Below are positions 27,955 through 35,482 of a stretch of 64,000 nt of DNA, piece by piece; position 1 is the first letter of the stretch, and every line of letters begins with the position of its first letter. The DNA is from a virus: the IMG/VR virus record IMGVR_UViG_3300029957_000007, positions 32,001 to 96,000 of that record; one strand, 5' to 3'. The notes under the pieces were generated by a model. It was not told the origin of the DNA, searched no databases, and worked only from the letters and a program-made list of their open reading frames with translations. Position numbers and translations under genes: made by a program.

Positions 27955-29680
27955 GCAAAAAGTCGCTGACATGGCTCCTTCGGTGAACATGCCTCAGAAC
28001 GATTCGCTGCAGAACACGACTGGGATTGAGGATCATGACGATCAAGATCCCAATCACAAGATCGAAGAGTTCCGCGAGGATGCGCAGGACGAACCAACCA
28101 ATCTTCGTCGTAACGACTTAGATGAAGAGATCAAGCTCCTCGAAGCAGCGATCAAGAAACTCGCCGCGTACGTCCTGCAGACGAACGACCCGGACGCATT
28201 CATGATCTATAGGACAATCAAGCGATTGCTCACAGACATGAAGCTGAAAGAAAAAGCGGCAGCTGTTGATCTCGAGCAAGGTCGCTACGATCATGAATCA
28301 CAAGAACGCTATGGCTCGAAGAAGTTTAAGCGAGTTGCTTTCTTCAAGCCTGGGACGATGATCGACTTCAAGCACAACGATGAGATCTGGACTGGAACTG
28401 TCATTGGTAATGATGGCGTCATGTTGTTGGTTGATCATCCGCCGACAGATGCCGCTGGGCCAATGAAGGTCGATCCGTACTCAGTTGTCGATCATGGTGA
28501 AGAGGATGACGAAGCAGAAGAGGTTCTTGAGTACAACAAGAGGCAGGAACTTTTGGATTGGCCTGACCGCGATCATTTGTACGTTGGGTCTCGTCACTTC
28601 AATGCTGAAGAACTGTCTGACCTCAATGGCGAAGCTCAAACAGATAAGACGAAGGCTCCACAGCCAGTTGATATGCGAGCCAACTCACAGCATACACCAA
28701 CTGATTCGAATCCAAAGGCTTCAATCGGCATGAAGCGAAAAGCTGACATCACAGACATGCAAGGACAAGACATCGATGTTCATGACGTTGTTGAGTGGGA
28801 AGGAAAACAAGTTGAAGTTGTTGATGTGATGGACAGTGGGAACATCATGATCTCATACGACGACAAGCTTGTTGGTGTGCACCCTCAAGAGACAGTGAAA
28901 GTCGGCTTCTACAAGAAGTCAGAGAAATTCGTCAAAGCTTCATTGGCCAAGCGATTGGCCTATGATATTGGCGATGGTGCTGACATCAAAGATAAGGTAG
29001 ATCAGTTCCGTAACAGCGAGAAGAACGGCTCAGTCAAGACGGCTGAAGAGACGTTCAAGCACGGTGAAGTCGTCACCGTCGATGGTGAGAAATTCAAGGT
29101 CGTTCAGCAAGATCAAAACGGCGATCTCGATCTCATGGCCATTGATGACGACACAGACGTCATTACCGTCAATCCAAGTGAAGTCATCAGATCAGCATCA
29201 AAGAGGATTGCAATGAAGCGAACTGCGAACGACAAGCTGATGAAGCATGTCGACTTTGACGACATTTCCTGCGGTGTGGAATGGCCGAAGGATACAATGC
29301 GTCAATACAGCGATGGCTTCAAACAGCACATGAAATGCGATTATGGCTACGTTCGCAATTCGCTTGGCGATGATGGCGAAGATCTTGATTGCTACATCGG
29401 CGATCCGCAAACGCAGAAAGTACATCGCATCGATCAGTTGGTTCCAGAAACTGGAGAACATGACGAGTACAAGTACATGCTTGGATTCCCAGACACCAAA
29501 GCTGCTGTCGGCATGTATCTGCAACACATGCCGCTCGAGCATTTTGGTGGGTGTGATGAACTGAGCATGGATCAATTCAGACACATCGCTCGAACTGGTG
29601 ATGAGGAACTGCAACAGTACCAAGAACCAGTGAAGGAAGGCGCTGAAGACATTTCCCACATGGAAGGCGAAGGAGCTTAG
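27908..29680 (+). CDS. Multidomain polyvalent-type protein: SH3-like modules and a C-terminal InPase (inorganic pyrophosphatase-like) domain
   Basis: DYGYVRNSLGDDGEDLDCYIG...IDQ....G.HDEYKYMLGF matches the InPase pattern; KR-x-A linkers. Confidence 0.7.
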   Translation: MAKPLNDLLASFAEAEQKVADMAPSVNMPQNDSLQNTTGIEDHDDQDPNHKIEEFREDAQDEPTNLRRNDLDEEIKLLEAAIKKLAAYVLQTNDPDAFMIYRTIKRLLTDMKLKEKAAAVDLEQGRYDHESQERYGSKKFKRVAFFKPGTMIDFKHNDEIWTGTVIGNDGVMLLVDHPPTDAAGPMKVDPYSVVDHGEEDDEAEEVLEYNKRQELLDWPDRDHLYVGSRHFNAEELSDLNGEAQTDKTKAPQPVDMRANSQHTPTDSNPKASIGMKRKADITDMQGQDIDVHDVVEWEGKQVEVVDVMDSGNIMISYDDKLVGVHPQETVKVGFYKKSEKFVKASLAKRLAYDIGDGADIKDKVDQFRNSEKNGSVKTAEETFKHGEVVTVDGEKFKVVQQDQNGDLDLMAIDDDTDVITVNPSEVIRSASKRIAMKRTANDKLMKHVDFDDISCGVEWPKDTMRQYSDGFKQHMKCDYGYVRNSLGDDGEDLDCYIGDPQTQKVHRIDQLVPETGEHDEYKYMLGFPDTKAAVGMYLQHMPLEHFGGCDELSMDQFRHIARTGDEELQQYQEPVKEGAEDISHMEGEGA

Positions 29681-29681
29681 C

Positions 29682-30653
29682 ATGAAGCGCATTGAAGGTG
29701 AAGGTGGTGAAGGACAGAGTTCTCAATCTGTTCCTTATTCTTCTGAACATTGGAAAGAGCTGAAGGATCGTGGTCTCACTACCTCCACACCTTCGCCTTC
29801 GATGCGTCAAACTGACTACAAGCAAGTGAATGCAGGGGATAAGTTCACCAGCTTAATTGCTGGTGAACTTACCGTTGCTTCAGTCACTGGTGAGATCACA
29901 CACGTCGCTGACAAGAAAGGTCAGACGTTCATGGTCTCTACGGCGAGATTGAAAGAGCTCAAAGCCAAGCGTAGAAGCGTGAGCTTTAATATCGGTGTGA
30001 ATCACGGTATGGTCATGATCTCATCTGAAGACGATCGTGACTCAGACCTGTGGAGATCAATGTGCGAGATATTCAAACGCAATGGCTACACACCTGACAG
30101 CGGCTATACGATGTTCCAGAAGCTTGACACGAACATTGAAGACGAAACTGCAAAGCTGATCGCTGAGTTCGAGAAGGAAGGATACAAAGTTCATCAGGAT
30201 TCTAGCGGTGGATTGAACAGCACTTTCTACATCTACTTCGATTCTGAAGATGCTGAGAGAGCCGCATCAAAAAGGAAGATCGTTGCAGTAATGAAAGAAA
30301 AGACGAAGACGCTGGTCTTCGATTTCGATGGCACTATCACATCGGAAAATACCTTCCCTGAGATCGCCGATCCTAATGAAGAGATCGTTGCGTACATGGA
30401 AGAAGCGAAACAGCTTGGGTTTGAGATCATCATCCATAGCTGCCGAACATCGTCTGAGCTGAATGATCAGAGCACTGCTGCTGAGCAACTCAAAGCGATG
30501 ACTGACTACCTTGCACTGCACGATATTCCTTATGATGAGATCTGCACATCAGACAAGCCATTGGCCGTTGCTTACATCGACGACAAAGGCTGCAATGTGC
30601 TGGATGCGCAACGTCTTCGAAGCATCATTCATACTTCAAAGAGGATTCGATGA
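29682..30653 (+). CDS. Multidomain protein with a C-terminal HAD-family phosphatase
   Basis: LVFDFDGTI (DxD), IIIHSCR and KPLAVAYIDDK HAD motifs. Confidence 0.75.
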   Translation: MKRIEGEGGEGQSSQSVPYSSEHWKELKDRGLTTSTPSPSMRQTDYKQVNAGDKFTSLIAGELTVASVTGEITHVADKKGQTFMVSTARLKELKAKRRSVSFNIGVNHGMVMISSEDDRDSDLWRSMCEIFKRNGYTPDSGYTMFQKLDTNIEDETAKLIAEFEKEGYKVHQDSSGGLNSTFYIYFDSEDAERAASKRKIVAVMKEKTKTLVFDFDGTITSENTFPEIADPNEEIVAYMEEAKQLGFEIIIHSCRTSSELNDQSTAAEQLKAMTDYLALHDIPYDEICTSDKPLAVAYIDDKGCNVLDAQRLRSIIHTSKRIR

Positions 30654-33400
30654 GCAAGATCAAGACAACGGCTGATGCCGACAACTTCGATTTGACTGAA
30701 GGGATTTTGAACGACGCTCAAGTTGCTGCTTATGGCGAGCATGCGCCGAACAAGATCGATCAGCCGAATGATTTTGCTTCGCCAGGAGAAAAAGCTCCTG
30801 ATGGTTTCACAGCCTCAAGACGAGCTGCTGTGCGAACAAATGCCCCAGAAGAATTCAACAATGAAGATGAGCTGATCGACTACTTCACTGATGTCAATCG
30901 CACTGGCGATGCGTACATGGTGAGAGCGATCATTGATGGTGCCACCACCTACGTCAAGTACCAGCGGGATGGCAACGTCATCAAGCGTCAAGCCTCAAAG
31001 CGAACTGCTGAGTCCTATCGTGTCACGGTGGAAACTGAGAGCGGCACCGAAGAGAAGATCCGTATCCTCGATGCTACTTCAGAGGATGATGCGAAAGAAA
31101 AAGCAATGAAGCAATACAACAACTTAAAAGGTGTCATTAGCGTTGAGAAGGTAGCTTTTAAACGCACTGCTTCAGGCGACTACGAAGTTGGTGACATCTA
31201 CACCGATGTCAATGGCAACAAGTATACGATCAAGTCTTCAACAGAGGAATCGTCAGTTGCAGATGAGTATGATGAAGCCTTCTTCAAGGTGGAAGTCAAC
31301 CAAGCTGTTTTTTATGATGGTCCAAAAGTTGTTGACATGGAGATGAGTGAATCAGCGTTGGACGATCTTGGCTTGGTTCGAGTCGGTTCAAAGCGCACTG
31401 CTTCACGATACAAGGACTGGAATGGCAGAGAATTTGATGTGCTCAATGGCATCGAAGATGACGACACAGTCACCGTCAAGTACGTTGATGACGGCAGTGA
31501 ATCGAATGTCGATGCAAGGTCTCTCGCCAATTCGGTCAAAAAAGGAGACGTCGTGAAAGTCGCTTCAAAGCGCAAGGCTTCAATCGATAATGACGATGAG
31601 AGACAGAAATATCTTGCCTACATCAAGCATAACTTAGTCAGCTCACCGCCAAATGAGATCAAGAATGATCTGCGCAAAGATGGCCTCTCAGAAGAAGAGA
31701 TTAGCGGTCTCTTTGAAGAACTGAGAAACACTGTGACTGGTGCCAAAGGCATTCGTGTTGGCAAGCTTAAGCGCAAGGCGTCTTTTCAAGTTGGCGATCT
31801 TGTGAAGAACAAGATCGGTGAAGAAGGAAAAGTTGTTGAAGGTGATGAAGGCGATGGAATGGTTGGTGTTGATTTTGGTGGGCCAATTGAGCTTATCGAA
31901 GTCACCGACCTACAGGCGTGGAATCCTTCAGGAACCGAGAACGACGTTGACAGCTTCACGGAGAAGGGTACTTACGGTGTCAAGAGCAAGAACGCTCCAG
32001 ATCCTGAGGACGCTGCTCACTCAACTGATGTGGACTACATCGCTTCAAAGAGAACCGCTTCAATGTCTGTTGGTGATAAAATCACTGATGGTAATGGAGA
32101 AACGTTCATTATCACCGGCTTTGCAGATAATGGTCGTGTGCTGGGTACGATTGATGGAGAAGAAACAGAATTTACTGAGAAAGAGCTTTATAACAAAGTT
32201 CAGAATGGTGAAGCCACTCGAGTTACTGGTTCAAAGCGAACCGCTGCTAAGATCGAATGGAACAGTCAAACAATTTGGGCAACTCAAAACCCAGATGATG
32301 GCTCATATGAATTCGAATTTGGTGGTAAGGAGTTTTATCTGGAAGGTGACCAAGTCTACAGGGCTATAGATGGTTCACCAATTGGCACTGGTAAAGTGAT
32401 AGAAGCTTCAAAGCGAACAGCTTCATTCAAAGGTCAGCAAGTTGTTGTTGATGCTGAAGGTTTCAACTACGTCGAAGGTCTTGTTGCTGATGAAGGCACC
32501 ATTGAAGAGTTGATGCAACGCAACGATGCAGCTGCTGCTCAAGGCGATTCGCTGATCGATGATGGTATGGGCTTCGGTGCCGACACGCAAGCAGTGATCA
32601 TCAACACGGAAGAAGGTGACGTGCTTGTGCCTTCAGAATTTGTGAGACAGCAAGTTGAATCTGGCACAGTGGTCGGCCGTCTGTTCAAGAAAGCTGATGA
32701 ACAACCACAAATTGGCGATACTCTTGTCGATGCTGAAGGTCGCAAAGCTCGTGTTATTGCATTTGGAGATGATGGGTCAGTGGAAGTTGAAGGGCCAGAT
32801 GGCGAAACATATCACACTTGGCCAGATGGAGTGAAGATCATTAAACATAAAAATGTTGTTGATGCATCAACAAAACGCACCGCCAAAGGTTTCGGCATTG
32901 GTGACAAAGTGGAATGCGAGCAAGGCTTCGGTGTCGTGAAGGATATCGACTTCGATGGCGATGGCAATTCAATCTACACCATCTCGCTTGAAGGCGGCGG
33001 TGAAGATGATTACCAAGAAGGAATGCTTTCAAAAGCTGCTTTAAAACGTCTTGCTTCAGATGAATACGATTTTGAAGTCGGTGATCGATTCAGAGACAAA
33101 AACGATCTTGAATGGATTGTGATCGAGTCAACTGATAGCAACGATCCAAACGCTGACAATCGCATCGGATTGATGGAGCCACTCACTGGCACGAAGATTT
33201 ATCCTGATGCTGACAGCCTCGAAGCGAAGATCTCTTCTGGTGAGATGGTCAGAACATCAGCCAAACGTACAGCTGATGAAGCTCATGAAAAAGAAGAGAT
33301 GGGTGAGGAACAACGCATCAAGAAAGATCTGGAAGAGATCGATGAGATCATCGATCACATGTTCGATGCTGACTCTAAGCAAGTGAAAGGAGTTGAGTGA
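30650..33400 (+). CDS. 916-aa array of acidic SH3/KOW-like modules separated by KR-x-A motifs (putative head-packaged polyprotein)
   Basis: 11 in-frame KR[T/K/L]A motifs; repeated xxVGD modules. Confidence 0.65.
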   Translation: MSKIKTTADADNFDLTEGILNDAQVAAYGEHAPNKIDQPNDFASPGEKAPDGFTASRRAAVRTNAPEEFNNEDELIDYFTDVNRTGDAYMVRAIIDGATTYVKYQRDGNVIKRQASKRTAESYRVTVETESGTEEKIRILDATSEDDAKEKAMKQYNNLKGVISVEKVAFKRTASGDYEVGDIYTDVNGNKYTIKSSTEESSVADEYDEAFFKVEVNQAVFYDGPKVVDMEMSESALDDLGLVRVGSKRTASRYKDWNGREFDVLNGIEDDDTVTVKYVDDGSESNVDARSLANSVKKGDVVKVASKRKASIDNDDERQKYLAYIKHNLVSSPPNEIKNDLRKDGLSEEEISGLFEELRNTVTGAKGIRVGKLKRKASFQVGDLVKNKIGEEGKVVEGDEGDGMVGVDFGGPIELIEVTDLQAWNPSGTENDVDSFTEKGTYGVKSKNAPDPEDAAHSTDVDYIASKRTASMSVGDKITDGNGETFIITGFADNGRVLGTIDGEETEFTEKELYNKVQNGEATRVTGSKRTAAKIEWNSQTIWATQNPDDGSYEFEFGGKEFYLEGDQVYRAIDGSPIGTGKVIEASKRTASFKGQQVVVDAEGFNYVEGLVADEGTIEELMQRNDAAAAQGDSLIDDGMGFGADTQAVIINTEEGDVLVPSEFVRQQVESGTVVGRLFKKADEQPQIGDTLVDAEGRKARVIAFGDDGSVEVEGPDGETYHTWPDGVKIIKHKNVVDASTKRTAKGFGIGDKVECEQGFGVVKDIDFDGDGNSIYTISLEGGGEDDYQEGMLSKAALKRLASDEYDFEVGDRFRDKNDLEWIVIESTDSNDPNADNRIGLMEPLTGTKIYPDADSLEAKISSGEMVRTSAKRTADEAHEKEEMGEEQRIKKDLEEIDEIIDHMFDADSKQVKGVE

Positions 33401-33777
33401 TGAGCTTCACACCATTGAACGTGAAGATCGATGCGACGGTGGTCGTCACACAGGCTAACCCATTGAATCCAGCTGTTTCAAAGCCAGTGTACCAAGGTGT
33501 TGATTTCTCTGGGTTTGCTGATGCTCAAGCATCAAATGCAGATAACCAAGGGAATCTCAATATTCCGGCTAACACATCTGCGAATGTTCCACTTCCGGCA
33601 GGTACTACGAACTCCAAGTTCCTGTTCTATCGCTTCAACAACCCAGTGAATCTGTCTGGACTTGTGAGTGCGCAGAACACGAGATACGGGATTTTGGAGA
33701 TCACATCGGCTGTTGCACTGACTGTTGCCGCAGGAATCAACGACACACAAGGCTTCGTGATGATCTTAGGAGCCTAA
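33397..33777 (+). CDS. Putative small virion structural protein
   Basis: Beta-rich, uncharged composition; head cluster. Confidence 0.5.
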   Translation: MMSFTPLNVKIDATVVVTQANPLNPAVSKPVYQGVDFSGFADAQASNADNQGNLNIPANTSANVPLPAGTTNSKFLFYRFNNPVNLSGLVSAQNTRYGILEITSAVALTVAAGINDTQGFVMILGA

Positions 33778-34467
33778 ATGAAAGTTCAGACAAAGAAAGC
33801 TTTTATGACGATCATCCTCGCTTTGGTGCTCATGAATCTCACAACAGTATGCGTTATACTTGTTGTGCTTGATCGGAACACCAAAGCGCTGGAAGATGCA
33901 AAGGCTGAAGAAGTACTTGCACGAATTGGGGACAATAGGATGTTAAGGGCACGGAGTAACTTTGAACTGCCGGGCTTTACACCTACCCACCTCGAACGTG
34001 TCACGAGGAACGCTGACACGATGGGAATACCGTGGTGGGTACCAGCCGGTATTGCAAAGCACGAAAATGGAGGTGACACGCTCGAGGTTGGGATGCAAAT
34101 CATCCCAATGAACATCCGCATGAACACTCCAGTAATGGAGTGGCAGTACGTTGCACTCATGCGAATGCTCAACCAACAGGCGTGGAGAGTGATACTCTCT
34201 GACCCTGAACTTCTGCCGAAGGTCCTCATACCTTTCGCTCAGAACTACAAATCGTCTGACCCTCAACTGTGGCTGAAGCAAACCAACAATGCAATGATCG
34301 ACTTCAGAAGCAGAGAGGAGATCTCGAAAGTAGCACATGACACGGTGGTGTCTGATCCACCTTCACCTTCGAAGTTGAAGAAAAAGAAACCTTCGACTAA
34401 GAAGTTTCACAGGAAGTTTAGGATCAACCCTAAACTCAAACGAACACAAGGAGAAAACAAACAATGA
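33778..34467 (+). CDS. Membrane-anchored lytic transglycosylase/lysozyme-like protein
   Basis: N-terminal TM helix; GIPWWVPAGIAKHENGG...GMQI resembles the SLT motif with catalytic Glu. Confidence 0.5.
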   Translation: MKVQTKKAFMTIILALVLMNLTTVCVILVVLDRNTKALEDAKAEEVLARIGDNRMLRARSNFELPGFTPTHLERVTRNADTMGIPWWVPAGIAKHENGGDTLEVGMQIIPMNIRMNTPVMEWQYVALMRMLNQQAWRVILSDPELLPKVLIPFAQNYKSSDPQLWLKQTNNAMIDFRSREEISKVAHDTVVSDPPSPSKLKKKKPSTKKFHRKFRINPKLKRTQGENKQ

Positions 34468-35021
34468 AGAAGATTCTGCTGGCTTTGCTGATCGCCGCTA
34501 CCACAACCTTCGCTACCACCTCGTTGAAGGCCGATCAGGCCGTGACGACTGCCGCTGCCGTGGCTCCTGCCTCGGATCAGGTGCAGTTGGACGGCGCCAA
34601 GTTCGTCGATGGCAATTGGTTCCAGATCGCTGGGTTCACCGGCGATGTGTCGAACTACGGTGGCCCTGGTGACAGCACCATCACCGACCTGAAGAAGCAG
34701 CTGGACGACTATGCTGCTGCCAAGGCCAAGGCCGAGGGTGACGACAGCGACATCGCGAGCCGTGAGGATTGCGAGAAGTTGGCTGTTCGCTCAGCTGTTC
34801 GTGGCCAGTACGCCCTGGAAGTCGGTCGACTGTACGCCAAGGCTGGTGACACCGTCAAGGCGAAGGCTGCTTGGCTGCGAGCCTTGGCCTGGGGCAAGAC
34901 CGCAGTGAAGGCGACCTACGACACCGACAACGATGTGGAGAACGGCAAGATCGCTGATAACCAGAAGACCGGCGAGTTCGTGGTGAACACCGCCAAGCGT
35001 TGGTTGAAGAAGATCAAGTAA
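34464..35021 (+). CDS. Secreted helical (TPR-like) protein
   Basis: Signal peptide MKKILLALLIAATTTFA; GC-rich biased codons. Confidence 0.6.
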   Translation: MKKILLALLIAATTTFATTSLKADQAVTTAAAVAPASDQVQLDGAKFVDGNWFQIAGFTGDVSNYGGPGDSTITDLKKQLDDYAAAKAKAEGDDSDIASREDCEKLAVRSAVRGQYALEVGRLYAKAGDTVKAKAAWLRALAWGKTAVKATYDTDNDVENGKIADNQKTGEFVVNTAKRWLKKIK

Positions 35022-35033
35022 AAGGGACCTAAA

Positions 35034-35096
35034 AGTCACCTCAGGGATCCATCTCGTACCCCACAGGTTGGTCCCTGAGGCACCATTTAAGTGACT
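35034..35096 (+). promoter_or_regulatory. Extended intergenic hairpin
   Basis: cctcaggga/tccctgagg 9-bp stem plus agtcac/gtgact outer pairing. Confidence 0.45.
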
Positions 35097-35129
35097 GTGC
35101 ATAATCAAACGGACTGACCGAGGAGCATC

Positions 35130-35468
35130 ATGCCTGACATAGCGATCACATGTGATGGTGAAGAGGTAAACATCACTCGACTTGATAAAGCATTCGGCTT
35201 CAATACTCTCACTGATCTCGTGGAACATGCTTCTGGTGAGGAACTAAGCTACACTCCAGAACTTTACGAGAACGGTGAAAGGCTCACCATCAAATGCTTC
35301 ACATTGGAAGATGCTCAAAGGTTAACGAAGCGAATCCAGTCGGAAGTGCCGAACCACATCATTGGAAGTGCTGTTGAAAAGACAGAGATCAAGAAAGAGG
35401 ATGCCAATCCTCCGGATGACGATGAAGGTCCGAAGGAAGAGCTTCCAAAGGACGAGATCCAGTCCTAA
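35130..35468 (+). CDS. Hypothetical acidic protein
   Basis: gaggag RBS; immediately upstream of the protease. Confidence 0.6.
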   Translation: MPDIAITCDGEEVNITRLDKAFGFNTLTDLVEHASGEELSYTPELYENGERLTIKCFTLEDAQRLTKRIQSEVPNHIIGSAVEKTEIKKEDANPPDDDEGPKEELPKDEIQS

Positions 35469-35482
35469 ACACGGAGGAAGGC

